A stretch of 64,000 nucleotides of DNA. Source: Cycas panzhihuaensis (lineage: Eukaryota; Plantae; Cycadophyta). The position numbers were made by a program, and so were the translations under genes. The stretch's first letter is position 1. Each line of letters starts with the position of its first letter. The stretch is from contig CM041465.1 in the NCBI GenBank assembly GCA_023213395.1, positions 161,455,741 to 161,519,740 of the forward strand, given 5' to 3'. Below the pieces are notes generated by a model, which had not been told where the DNA came from, made no database searches, and was given only the letters and a program-made list of their open reading frames with translations. Below, one piece after another: positions 12,267 to 25,599 of the stretch.

Positions 12267-13618
12267 ATGGAAATTATGAAGAACATGAAATCATCCCTAC
12301 CAAGATTGGAAACAGGATATAAACTCACCATTCCAAAAGAAGTAACCGAAAAAACTATTCAGTATTGGGAACATAGCCTGGTGGGTAGGTTTTCGAGGCC
12401 CAGGCCAGGCTTGGATGTTATAAGAGAGTGGATCGAAATAAATGGAAGACCGAAACCCTGCAAGTTATGGCACTTAGAAAGGTTGTGTTCTTTTAGATTC
12501 TTAAATCAAGAGGACATGATCCCCATCTTGTTAAAGCCCCATTGGATGTTTGCTAGAAAGGCTATGTCATTGGAGAAATGGCACCCGACTTTGATCCGGA
12601 GTCCTGCGGTGAAACAAGCTCCAGCAGGGTCCAACTCACAGGCTCCTTTGCATTTTGGAACCCGGGAGGCGGTGAAAGGCGGCAGAATGATTGGGCCTCT
12701 CCTAGCTTGGGACTCGGCCACTGGGCATAGATCCATTGATGAATGCCGATTACGCTACCGCTAAGTTAGACGGCGAATTCCCAGAAGAGGTAGAGATTGA
12801 GTCGGATGGTAGATCTATCATCCAATGTTTATTTTACTGAAACGGAGGGTTTCAAGTGTGCTAAGTGTAAAGCCAAGGGACATCTTCCATTTCAATGTCC
12901 TGGGGTTATTCAGAGTGAGGAAATTCTGGGGCCCGGGAGGGATGACGTAGATAGAGCATCTGATAGCCCAGGCAAGGAGTGTGGAGGTGCTGAGGCAGTT
13001 GGGAGGACGCCGAGCGAGGTGCCTATTGTCGTCGGTCCATCCAGCAGTGTGAAAAGTCAGATCCTAGCAGGTGAGTCGGCTGTCGCTACGGCTACTTCAT
13101 TACGTCTGGAAGAGTCGGAGCTTGGGAAGGGATCTAGATTGGGACCGGTCGAAAGTCAGGGTACAGGAGCGGTCCTGGTTTCGGGACAGATTGAACATAA
13201 AGATCTCCCGACGAGCTCAGGCGGGGGTGTTGCTCCTCCGCTAACATAGATGAATCAACGGCGTGTATTGCCAAGAACATAAATTGGGATCTAGAGGATT
13301 ATTTATGCGAACACGAGGAAGGGTGCACGAGAGAAGCGTCCCAAGAGGTGCGCAGATTGGTCTTATGAGCGAAGGAGGCAGTCCTAAGGGTGAAGTAGAG
13401 AAAGGTGGAGGAGGGACTCGTAAATGGGTCTCAAAAGCAGCAGAAGCAAGAAGGGCACCGGATTTCGGGTTGGAGAAGAAGGTGGGTAGACCCCCAAAAA
13501 AGATTATGAGAGAGAAAGAAACTCAAGCTCAAATAGATATGGGTCTTCAGAGCACATTAAGAGAGGGGGTGGCGTAAGGCCCCAACCTCAGGAGCAGGAG
13601 AGGATGAGGTAACTCTAG
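12267..13618 (+). pseudogene. ORF1: LINE ORF1 (DUF4283/RRM-like domain plus CCHC zinc knuckle), frameshifted in this sequence
   Basis: WEHSLVGRF..RP....IREWI, FRF..EDM..IL..PHW..LEKWHP, CAKCKAKGHLPFQC; a TAG at 13616-13618 abuts the ORF2 ATG. Confidence 0.88.
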
Positions 13619-16600
13619 ATGAAAGTCCTATCTTGGAACATTAGGGGGGTAAACGCTCCTTCTAAGCAGAGAATGGTTAGAGAGTTAAGGATCAGGGTAG
13701 AGCCGATCTTATTCTTTTCAGAAACAAAATTGGAGCAGTTAAGAGAGGATGAGGTTCTCAACAAGGTGTGGAGAAGAGGTGAAAGGAGGACAAGCGCGGG
13801 GTGGCGGGTTGAGGGTCCGTCACCCTCCTGAATCCTAAGAAGTGGAGAGGTTATGAGCTGTGTAAGTCTGAGCACTTCATAACCATTGGTCTGGTCAGTC
13901 TCTTGACCAACAAGGAGTATTGGATTACTGACGCTCGCCCCTACTTCGGTTGAGGGTAGAAGGAGATTATGGGTGAGTTTGGTGGAGATCCATAAAGATT
14001 GGGGAGGCCCGTGGTTAGTGGTCAGACTTCAACTCTCCCCTTAGCCCGGATGAGAAGAAAGGGGGGCAAAGTGGGTGGACCAGTAGCATGACGGATTTAG
14101 GCGCGTTTTTACAAACGGGTGGCTTGATGGACGTTCCCTTGTTGGTGCCAGTTTACAGTCCAACAGGAGGATAGGTCAAAACCATATTCAATGCAGGCTG
14201 GATAGAATGTTAATAAACTATGATTGGGCCTGTCATTTTGAAGGGGTTAGAATGGAAGCCTTGCCAAAATGTGGGTCAGATCACTCGCCTCTTATTTTGG
14301 AGGGGTCCATTCCGGAGTCGTTCAAAGGGGCTCCTTTTCGTTTTGAGTTAATGTGGCTGAAGCACACTGAGTTGAGGGAGAAGATCCAGGATTGGTGGAG
14401 CATCCAGGTCCAAGGTTGTGCCATGTACAGGTTCTCAAAGAAATTAAATTGGATCAAGCGTCGAATCAAGGTATGGAATAGGGAGGTCTTCGGAAATATT
14501 TTTGAGACTAAGGGAGTCCTGTTAGGGGAGCTTAGGGAAATTGAGGATAGGATCCGCACCGGCGGCGATCCACAGGCGGGTAACTGGAACTCTCTACCTC
14601 CAGGAAACTTGAGGAGGTGTTGGAGAGGGAGGAGATCTTTTGGAAGCAGAAGTCTAGAGAGCAGTGGCTGAGGGAGGGGGATAGAAACACCAAGTTTTTT
14701 CACCTCTCCACGATGAGACATAGGTCTTATAACAAGATAACCAGAGTCCGAAGCAGAAATGGGGTGCTGCATGAGGCCGAGGATAAGATCGGTGGTATAG
14801 CGATGGAATACTTTAAGGATCTTTTTTCAGAGCCGGGGTGTCAGGACCCTTCCCTTAGGGATGCTCTTCTACATCTTATCCCAAGCGTGATCTCTAAGAT
14901 CTCAACAAAAAGTCGACCGCCTTTTACTCAGGAGGAGGTGGAGAAGGCCGTTTTCAACATGGGGAAGGATAAAGCGCCGGATGGTTTCCCCCCAGGTTTT
15001 TTCCAAGAATTTTGGGAGATAATCAAGGAGGATTTGATGTTGGCGCTTAATGAATTACGGTCAAACGCATAATCTTGAAGGAGTGGTAGGCCACCTTTCT
15101 AGCCTTGATCCCGAAGAAAGAGGGGGTGGAAGTCATGGAAGACTTCAGACCCATAAGTTTGTGCAATGTAAAATACAAAATATTGTCCAAAGTGCTTGCA
15201 AACCGGTTGAGGGAGACCTTACTAGGGATCATTTCTCCCTAACCGTGATGGTTTCGTGAAAGGGAGACAAGTCCGGGACGGTATTATAATTGTACACGAA
15301 GCCCTGCATTCGACGCTCCATCGTAAGGAGGCCTAATGATAATTAAAAGCAGACATGTCAAAAGCTTATGATAGAGTGGCGTGGGATTGCTGTTTGGATT
15401 GCCTCGAGGCGTTTGGCTTCGGAAAGTCCGGAGGCTGGATGAGATGTTGTGTTTCTAGTGTTTCCTTTTCTGCTTATTAATGGCGTGTCGACTCCTTTCT
15501 TTCGCGGCTCTAGGGATTGAGGCAAGGGACCCCTCTCCCTTTTCTTTTCATCATTATGGCTGAAATGTTAGGCGGGGCTACCACGGAGGCTCGTGGATGG
15601 GTAGGCTAAATGGTTTGAGAGCCACCTCCAACCCGGACAAGATTGTGCTCCATCGGTTTGTCGATGACAACATTTTTGTGTAGGGCCTCCTTAGCAGAGG
15701 CTAGGGCTTTAAAATCGGGTCTCCGTGCTTATGAAAAGGCCACAAATCGAAAATCAACCTAGATAAAAGCTTAGCTTTCTTCATTAACACTCTGAGGCGT
15801 GCAGAGAAGAATAAGCGTGATTTTGGCGATGGCTAGGTTCCTTCCTAGCTCCTACCTCGGTATGCCTTTATTTGTGGGCAAGATGAGGGAGTCTTTGTGG
15901 GTTCCAGAAGTGTGCGGATTTAATAAGAAGTTGGCAGGGTGGAAAGGGGCTCTCCTCGGTTAGGTGGAAAATCCAACTCGTTGTGGCGTCCTTGCAGAGC
16001 ATCCCTGTTTATCAGATGTCAGTCTTTAAGATGCCCAGTAAGGTTATCGCGACTTTGGAAGGGATTATGAAGAGATTTCTTTGGTCAGGGTCCGAAGATA
16101 GAAGGAGATTCCACCTGGTGTCTTGGGAGAAGGTTTGCAAGCCCAAATGGGCGGGAGGCCTCAGCGTCAGAAGATTGGGCTTTTTTAATGAAGCCCTTTT
16201 GGCCAAGTTGGGGTGGAGACTCACTACAGAGGCTGATACGGTGTGGGGGAGGATATTGGCTAGGAAATATGTGGGGACAACCACTTTTCTGTGGAGGAGG
16301 GGCATTGCACAGTAGGCTCCTCGATTTGGAAGGCCATCAGGTCTTCTAGGTCTATCCTGCGTGAAGGTTTGAGATGGAAGTTGGGGGATGGAGAAAGCAT
16401 AAAGTTCTGGGAAGACAGATGGTGCGGGCAATCCATATTAGAAGAGTTACCTAACATTGGAGATTTGCAAAGGGAATGTGTTGCTCGTTATGGTCCGATG
16501 GTTAAAGATTACTGGGAAGGGCGAGGCAGGGATAGGAGGTGGAGATCGCTCGAGGACCTGCAAGGATTTGAGGATGGGATACAAAGAGTCGTGGAGATAT

Positions 16601-17741
16601 TAAGGACCCAAGATATCCCAAGAGGCCCGGCCCCGACACTTTGGTTTGGCCATTTCTTGGCTCTTATTCGGTGAAAGAGGGTTATAATTTGAGGCTGAGT
16701 AGGGAAGGCTGGGTTAAGAATGATACATTAGCCGGTTTGGAAGTTAGGAATTCTTCCAAAATTGCTCGGTGGTCGAGCCTCAAAATAAATTACTTACTTT
16801 GGATAACTTATTAAAAGGGGCTTCCAAATTTGGCTAGCGGTGTGTGCTATGCAAGAGAGACGTTGAAACCTTGGATCATCTTAGTATCCACGCCCTTTCT
16901 CGGTTAACATATGGAATAATTTACGGTCGGGATGGGGTGGTCAGGTTTCATCAAATTCCCTTTTAGACCAATGGATGGCTTGGTCCGCTCCTTTTAAAAG
17001 TAAAACCCTCAAAAGTATCCGGAGGATGATTTTACTGGGTTGGCTTCGTACATTTGGAAAGAACTAATAGGAGGATCTTTGAGGGAAGAGAGAAGGATGG
17101 TGGGTCCCACAGTAGTGGAGATCAGGAAAGGTATCTTAGAAATGTTAGAGGTGCCTAAAGGGGACAGGACTCCTGTGGAGGAAGAAGGCATTTTGAAAGA
17201 GTGGGGTCTTACTCCCCAAAGCGGGGCTAGGAAGAGGATTAGGGACGTTAAATGGCAGCCTCCAGATATTCAGTGGGAAAAGGTGAACTTTGATGGAGCG
17301 GCTAAAGGAAACCCTGGGGAAGCGGGCGGAGGAGGTCTGCTTAGGGATCACGAGGGCAATTTAAAGTGGGCCTTTGCAGAATATATGGGGAGCCAGACGA
17401 ACCAAAAGGCGGAGGTGAGGGCAATCTTGGCGACTTCCCTGTTGGATGAGGAGGGCACCCAGAAGGTGATCATAGAAGGGGATTCTATGTATGTCATAAA
17501 ATGTTTGAAAGGGGAAGCGGTTCCGGGATGGGACAGCGTAGATATTTTTAGGGATGTCCAGAACATTTTGAGGTCCAAAGTTGAAGTGAAGATCCAAAGA
17601 TACGCGTTCGAGAGAGAATAGGGAATCGGGCTGGCTAATTGGGCAGTTACAAATAAGAGTTCGAGGGTCTGGACAAGGGATTACCCAGAGGAGTTTCTGA
17701 GTCTGGTCAGTGCTGAAGCTCATATTGGTGGGGTTAACTGA
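13619..17741 (+). pseudogene. ORF2: LINE ORF2 (APE endonuclease, RT, zf-RVT, RNase H), frameshifted in this sequence
   Basis: MKVLSWNIRG, ETK, RLDR, SDH (APE); [34 protein letters not shown] (RT); WEKVCKPK.GGL; KVNFDGAAKGNPG..TNQKAE..IEGDS (RNase H). Confidence 0.93.
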
Positions 17742-18449
17742 GGAGGTTTGGAGATAGTTACTGGGCTAGACCATGGGCCTGTCATGGTCAGATCTGCTAA
17801 GCCGTTTGGCTTGATGTACCGGGTTTGGGGACCCAGATAAAACCCCTATAATTTCATTTTTTACCATATCAAAAAAAAAAAAAAGTATCCTTAGCTTCTA
17901 ATAATCAAAATAAGTATGACAAAGAGTAATCTACAAATTAAATTCATCATATTTTCAATGTATAATAATTAACTAGCATTTGTGATAGCTAAGTTGTGCA
18001 TAAGCCTATTTACTACTATGTCTTAATTGTTTAATAGTAGGACTCTTTGTTTATACTTTTTCTCAGTAACTATAATTGATTATAATCATTGAGCTTTACA
18101 TTTAAACCACATCATTAGAAATCATTATTATAGTAATATTAATTGTTAATTGTAATCATAAGAAATTAATCAACCTTTTGGCTACAATCTCTCTAGTTAC
18201 TATAGACAATCTACTATCTGGTTATTATTATCAAATCATTTATTTATTATGATCAAGTAATTGTTTACTACTATATAACATTGTACACTTGTAGCAATTA
18301 TCACCTACCATCTACATAGTATACTTGGGATCATGTCACATATACTTGGTAAGAAAAAATACACCATCAACTATGTAAAAATGTTTGCCACAAAAATTTA
18401 GTTTTAAGTAGATGTTCTAGGCAATAAAATCCATGTTTTTTTTTCTTTT

Positions 18450-19330
18450 TCTTTTTCTTTTTCACATAATTAATTCTATAAATGAAGTTACTTCAAAAAG
18501 TCTCATAACTACTCTTTATAAGAATAGAAAATAATCAATTTAGGAGCCAGCAAATGCATTCCCTATGTCATGTGAGTGTATCATACAAATATACTTTGCA
18601 AAAAGGGGCTATATAGTATGGTCACAAATGATATGATTTTAGGTACGCCTTTTGAAAGTCAAGATTCACATTCAACTAGGGTAATTATTGGCATAGATAT
18701 TCTGTCACATGAAATAAAGGTCAAGAGTGCAAGCTTAAAACCTTTTTTATACACATAAGTATTCATTCTTATTTTGATATGATGGTAATAAACCAAAGTT
18801 CGATACACAACATATTACTTTCAATAGAAATGACAATGTAACAACCAATAGAAGTAGAGTAGAAAGGTTGCTAAAATAACATGAGGTTTCAAAACATGAA
18901 GATATATCAAATTATCAACCTATAACCTAGTTAGTTGCATCTGATAAAATAACTAAAGGGGTTTCTCAGAGAGCCAATGCTTGGCACATCTACCAATTGC
19001 TATAGTTTATTAGATCTTAATAATATCTTCTCACATTTAGTTCCTTAAAAGCAACTAAGCTATTTTTTATATCATTTTATATGTTCCTCTTCTTTAATAA
19101 GAAGCAAATATTCAACAACCATTTAGATCAATTAAATAAAATAATATCTCTATAACACCATTTATTCCATGAAATTCCCCATGTTACCCTTATCAAAAGA
19201 TTTATAAAGCAATAAGATAAACAAAAAACTTCTTTCACTCTTAATTTTTCTTTCAACAATCAAATTCTCACGACCTCATAACAAAGTGAGGGATTTTGAG
19301 CATCTGGGTTCTTTATAACAAGTCTAATAA
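18450..19330 (-). pseudogene. Possible hAT (ZNF862-like) transposase relic
   Basis: Fragments on the minus strand, in the expected order across frameshifts: AFKELNV, NW*MCQAL, N*VI.VDNLIYLHV (DEVT.VDN-like) and an IHxxxHR-like motif near 18570. Very decayed; no TIRs found. Confidence 0.35.
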
Positions 19331-20645
19331 ATATAGATACCAACCTTGGGATGTAATAAGATATGTCCATTGCATATAAGCCCTATTTTATAATGGTTGC
19401 ATAATAAATCAACATAATACAAATTAAAAATAATGTTACTTTGAGGTTCCTATGCTGTCTTGGTGTTTGGCCATTTCATTAACTAAATAAGAGTGAATTG
19501 GAAATTAGAATAAACATAACCCACCCAATAAGCAAATATGATCATCATAAAAATCTCTAAAGGATTTAATCTTCACTAGACTAATTTCTTCAAATACTTT
19601 TCATTGGTTTAGCCATATAATTATATTAAATTTTCATACTTTAGTTCTTATTAGACATTCCTAGCAATCTCATTCTCTTCATTTAGACAACAAGGGTATC
19701 GACTTGACCTCTAATCAAAACCCTTATGATGTTTTCAAACCAAAATAAATAGATATATAATTCTTTTCTAAGCATAAAGTTGCACTAATTGTATCCATCC
19801 CAAAAAGGCCTTTGGCAGTAAAACCTCAATATAATATATGTTTAAGAATAATAACATGACTATTTTTTAAGATCATAGTCATAAATTTTAATTACATTTC
19901 TTTTTATAAATAATCCTCATAGAATTACCTATAAATAATTGCCATAATAATGGAACAAGACTTAATAGACTAATCAATAAAAATAGAATAGAAGGATTAG
20001 TTTAATAAGATCATATTTGAATACTTTTAGGGCTATCATAATGAGTATCATCATTTGCTTTTATGGCCATATTTGCTATGAACAAACAAATATATAGGAA
20101 AATCATGTATAGTCAGGAATTGCCTTCATAAGCAATTAACTCCTTTTTAAAAAATTACCATATATGATATATATGTGTGTGTATGGCCAAATTCCATAGT
20201 TGTTATTGATATTATTTTCCATTTAATACCATATATAGCCAAGCCATATCCTATAGTGCCATTCATAGTTGAAGCAGCAATAATAATTATTTTTATTTTT
20301 ATTCTTTCATCTCCTCATCTCACCTCCTTTGCTTGCTTGGAAATTGATCTCCACAACCTCTGCACTCACTAAGATTTTATCTCCTAACATGCTTAAACCA
20401 TTAGGCCCATTGTGAGTATCTCATTGTGAAAAAAATTATGAATTTTAACCAAATTCAACTACATTTTCACTAGTGTTTAGCCATGAAATAAGGTTACAAC
20501 TTGACATAGGAATGAAAAATATTGAAGAAAACCAAAATCATTATAAAGTTTTAGATGTACATCTTTATTACTATGGAATCTATAAATGTTTTGAATGATA
20601 TGCCACTACCACCTCAAAAAGATACCCCCTTCCATTTTATTAATC

Positions 20646-20646
<1 letters not shown>

Positions 20647-20716
<70 letters not shown>
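20647..20716. repeat. (TG)35 microsatellite
   Basis: Pure dinucleotide run. Confidence 0.99.
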
Positions 20717-20720
<4 letters not shown>

Positions 20721-21621
20721 GTAAGGCAAGGAAGAAGGAGACGATTAGTCTTGTTAAGTTAACATTTTCCTTAACTCATTATTAATAACATAATTAAATA
20801 AACCAAAACCCACTTAAAAGGGGTAATTTAATATAACTATATATAAAAAGAGGGATAGCATTACTAGAAATAACATAAGTAGTTGTGATATAAGGTGTCA
20901 CCATCATAAGTATATACAAAAAGGAGGTACAACTTAATAAGTATTTACATCAAGTGGGAAAACATCATCCTATATAACCCAAGACACTAACATGTCCATA
21001 GATATAATCATCATAATAGCACTATGTTAGTAAAGGTCAACAAGGTCTCCACCTCTTCCAAAACCAATTGATAGGGATTCTCCATGTAAAGATAAGTCTT
21101 TAGATCCTTCTCCTTAATTACCTATTAGGCCTATCTATTTTAGGTTTATCCCTTAGAACACTAAAGAGGGCACTTTTTCACTTGTTAAGTAGATGAAGAT
21201 TATTCTAGTAGAGATCTCTATCATGGATCTCCTTAAGAGTTGCCCTAACTAGAGGCAACTCTGACTTAACACTCTTAAGGTACCTAATGTTGGAACTTAG
21301 AATTTAACTCAGATACCATATTGTGATGTAGTCATTATTATAGTGAAATTATATGAAACATGTATAATTAGTGAATAATATCATGAGAAATATATGCAAA
21401 TCATGTTTATAAGATGAATAGATTAAGAAATAATATAAAACATAAAGTATTAAATAGATCAAGTATGCACCACAAGAGAGACAACATATTTATACATGAA
21501 AATCCTAATGTGAAGAAAACCGTAGAAGAAGGTTGGAATTGAGAGCTCCTCTTTATGATATCAGAATGAATACATCTCCTAGTATGTGTACATTTTTATA
21601 TCAATAGTTGCCTCATGAGTA

Positions 21622-24600
21622 TGTTGAAAAGCAAACCTACAATAAGGTAGTATATTTGCAAAGCAGAAACAAACACCTCAAGATCAAAACATACTTAAAA
21701 TAGATACATCATATGATACACTATGTGTGAATTTATAATACATGACATAATAGTGAGAGTGGGACCCACTTGCATGTGGGACAAATCAAATGTATAATAT
21801 TCTAGCACTCCCCCTTAATGCATATTTGGGTCATTTGTATTTGCAATGCCTTGTCCTTAAAAATGTCTTGAAGATGATGTCTTTAACTTGATCCTTGTAT
21901 TTAATCTTGTAGTGATGTCTTTGCTATAGAATGATGTCTTTAACTTAATTTTCGTCTTTAATTCTATACTGATATCTTTGTTGTAGCAGCTTTAGCAAGT
22001 GTAAATCTTGATTCTTCATTATGACTAATCTAGTTTGATTTTGATATAGATCTTATAAGTAACCATATTCAAATACAACTTGCCTGTCATCATTATCATG
22101 TAAAATTCTTGATCACCATATACAACAGTAACCTTTCGAGTGGAATTGGCTTGTATACTCTTTGAACTTGAATCAATACCCAAAGCAAGAATATTATCAA
22201 TATAAGACTCATCCTTTATAGGACCATCAGATTCATATTTAATTTCCCTTGAAATAATAGTGTCATCTAAATAAACCTTTATTAATTCATCACTCTCAAC
22301 GTCTTCAATAGTAGTTGTAGTCTCATCAATACATTCAATCATAGATTCAGTAGTAGTTTCATCAATTTTTAAATATTCTTCATCTTGACATACCATTTCA
22401 TTAGTGTTGATAATATTTTCTTCATTCATTTTACCTATATCATAACCATCATTGATCTTATTTGCCTTTTCAATCATTTGTTGTATCTCTTTAGGAGTTT
22501 GTTCAAATACATCCCTTAGAAAATCCCAAGCTTCCTTAGTAGTACTTACATGATGAACCTTAGAAATAACAAAATGATATACAGAAGGAAGATCAAGCTT
22601 GTCTAATGCATCAAGAATCATGATAAATGACTTTTTGTCTTTCTTCTCAAGCATTTCCTTTTCTTCTTCATCCTTAGGGATATCATATCCATCAGTAATA
22701 AGCTTCCACAAACCTCTAGCTATGAAAAAGCATCTCATTTTAATCGTCCAAAAGAAATAGTATGTTCCATAACACATAAGTATCAGAGGAAATGAATTCC
22801 TTAAGTAATATTCATTTGTTTCATGAGCATATATAACCACATCATTCTCCTCCATGATTGTAAGTATACCTCTAAATAATGTCCCCATTTTACAATGCCT
22901 ATTAATCCATCTCAACAAAATTTATCATGTATCATATCCCTCATATCACTAACTTCATTATCATATCATCACCTTCTCTATCCCTCATATTGCCAAATAG
23001 TCAACGAGTATCTGAACCACATCCTTTACCATCAAATCAATGCCTCATAACTTTCATAATGATCATACATTCCATATGTCGTCATTAAATCACCAAGATA
23101 CATACTTCTCTTAATTTCCCAAAAACATAACTCATGCTACTACACCACTCAACAAAGTTTGCTTCCCTACAATTTATGTATCTTCAACAAAAGTTGTCCT
23201 TCTTTGTCCATTCAGTCAATTAAGAAACACACCATCAAACATGACTTCTTATTGCCCTTCTCTTGCCCTATCTTGCCCATGTCATGTCCTCAAACTCCTA
23301 AATTAATTTTCTATATAACTCACATGTAATAAGCATCTCATTTCCTTAAATCATAATTTTCTTGCCCTCAAATTTGCCCATAAAGCTCCTTCACATAAAT
23401 CACATTCAAGAAGCACTAAGTTGCCATATACCATCCAACTCATTCATGAAAACATATGCATTATCGCTTCGTCACTATGTTAACATCATAATAGCTCTCT
23501 CATACAAATACATATAAGAAAGCACTCAAATTGCCATTAAATAATCACCATCATGTACCTCATATCACCAATAGAGTGCCAAATACATTCACATCAACAT
23601 GACTTAATGTCATCTTACATCGTAAAAGTACTCTCCCATGTACAACATATGCAAAAGAGACTCAAACAATCACCTCATATTATAGCATCTCCTAACTTAT
23701 TCTCTCATGTAAACCATATGAAAGAAACCACCATGCCAATGTCAAATAACACCACCTCATTGCTAATTAAAGGTGTAAAAATAATACTCCCATCACCTCA
23801 TAAATACCTCATATCTCTACACTATAACATCTTAACGAGATTGATAAACTAAAAGAAGATAAAACACTTTACATAAAGATACCTTTAATCAAATAATTAA
23901 ACTAATATAAAAGGATTAATATTAGCATATGATTACAAAGGTGTACCTTTAATAAAATCAGGTATTGAAATATCAAGATTTATTATGGTTATAAAATCAC
24001 AAATCATAAACACCAAAAAATGACTTTATAAAAATAAAAAATGCGATAGCGCAATGGACAATATTGATAATATATCAAAATATATATTAAATATCATTGA
24101 TATTCATTAATCACAACCATAAGTAGGGTGAATTATATTTGAATAATCAAATGTTATAATTAAGTGAATTTCAAACACAGTAAATGGAAGCTATAAATAT
24201 TGAAATATATAAAAGGTGATGATTGAATTCATTAACATGCACAGGCCAATTAAAATCATCATGCAATCAATGAGATATATATTTAGATGATGATCAAAAT
24301 TATCAAACTATGGCAATAAAAAGATAGGTGGTTGGGTGAAACAAAAAAACTAATTAAATCATTTCGATAGTGGCGGTAGTTCAAATATAATTATGGCTAG
24401 CTAACAGGTGAGCAGAGAGAAGGGATTAAAGATTCATTATGTAGATCCAGATGAAATTAGAGGGAGAGCTAACAAAAAATAATTGATCAAAAGTATATAT
24501 AAATCTGGCATCAAAACTTGATGGCAATAATAGAAATCTCAAAGAGCATTTCATAACAACATCACAACTAGGTAGTGATAACAGAAATCTCATAAAGTAT

Positions 24601-25391
24601 TTCATAATATAAAATATACAAATAAGTATAGCATCATAATAATACAAAAAATATTAATGAAAAGTGAATAATAATTAAAAAATACCTTTCTTTAGGCAGA
24701 AGTGAAGAAGAATAGTAGTATCCAATGAAGATAGTGGCAAAGACGAACAATGTCAGTAGCTCCAACAAGGGTTTCAACTGAACTGAAGATATCACTTCTT
24801 GAATAAGTACAATAGTGACTCCTCAATTTAGACTTTAAGGAGGCATGGCTTTCTGAACATAATGATACTTATTCATTTCACGAATCTGCAATGGCCTTAC
24901 TAGGTTTTTCACTCTTCGATAGCTTAACTAAGGGCTGACAGCATAATAAATGGGTGCACTACTCCTCTTCATACATGGGTAGCCTCAAACATCTCAATAG
25001 ACATCAAAATCACCTTCACATAATCACAGGGCTTCTACAGGCTCAACAACAGTTGTAAGAGGAATAGGCATTATCAAACAAAAAATGGGCACCTACTCAC
25101 ACACTAGAATTAGAGTTTCATCAACTAACACCTCATTCAACCTAGCTCTGATACCATATTGGAAAGCAAATCTATAATAAGATAGTATATTCGCGAAGCA
25201 GAAACAAACACCTCAGGATCGAACGATACCCGTAAGGTACCTCAAATTGTATTAACATCATTCAAAACATCCTTATAGTAGATACATTATATGATACACT
25301 ATGTGTATATTTATAATACATGACATGATAATGAGAGTGGGACCTACTTGCATGTGGGAGAAAACAAAGGTGCATTACTAATATTCTAATA
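21622..25391 (-). mobile_element. Non-autonomous gag-only LTR element A (3.77 kb)
   Basis: LTRs 21622-21807 and 25157-25391, perfect TSD GAGTA (21617-21621 / 25392-25396), PBS GCTCTGATACCA (25145-25156), PPT CTCCCCCT (21808-21815); no pol motifs seen inside. Confidence 0.92.
22025..22918 (-). CDS. gag: Copia-type Gag N-terminal region (DUF4219 / start of UBN2-like) fused to an acidic tail
   Basis: 297-aa ORF: YFFWTIKMRCFFIARGLWKLITDG...KKDKKSFIMI...TTKEAWDFLRDVF, then E/D/T-rich sequence. Confidence 0.8.
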   Translation of the reverse strand: MLRWINRHCKMGTLFRGILTIMEENDVVIYAHETNEYYLRNSFPLILMCYGTYYFFWTIKMRCFFIARGLWKLITDGYDIPKDEEEKEMLEKKDKKSFIMILDALDKLDLPSVYHFVISKVHHVSTTKEAWDFLRDVFEQTPKEIQQMIEKANKINDGYDIGKMNEENIINTNEMVCQDEEYLKIDETTTESMIECIDETTTTIEDVESDELIKVYLDDTIISREIKYESDGPIKDESYIDNILALGIDSSSKSIQANSTRKVTVVYGDQEFYMIMMTGKLYLNMVTYKIYIKIKLD

Positions 25392-25599
25392 GAGTAGCCT
25401 AGTATATCTTTTGAGCCTTTACATCATCTAATAGGATGTTTTCATGAATATGTGTGCATTATCACATCTCTTAATATACCTAGTATGTGAAACTTTATAT
25501 GGGTCTATTTATCATTAATGCTAAACATTATATATATGAATAATCATGTATTCCAACACCCATGCCTAGCACATCTATCAAACCTACCCTATTCTTTGA

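Larger units (their letters stand above)
11678..17882 (+). mobile_element. Full-length L1-clade LINE with C-terminal RNase H
   Basis: Perfect 17-bp TSD AAGTATCCTTAGCTTCT (11661-11677 / 17883-17899), poly(A) from 17871, ORF1 and ORF2 motifs, sharply higher GC and CpG than the flanks. Confidence 0.97.
21288..25558 (-). mobile_element. Copia-type LTR plus PBS remnant inserted between Tat gag and protease, itself interrupted at 21622-25391
   Basis: PBS-like ACTCAGATACCA (21307-21318); U5-type CATGAAAATCC..GAAAACC motif near 21495; termini TGTTGGAA / TTCCAACA; TSD poor (CCTAA / CCCAT). Confidence 0.6.

Noticed and set aside
14281-17723. Minus-strand ORFs overlapping LINE ORF2
   Set aside because: Shadow ORFs expected in GC-rich coding sequence; no recognisable motifs.
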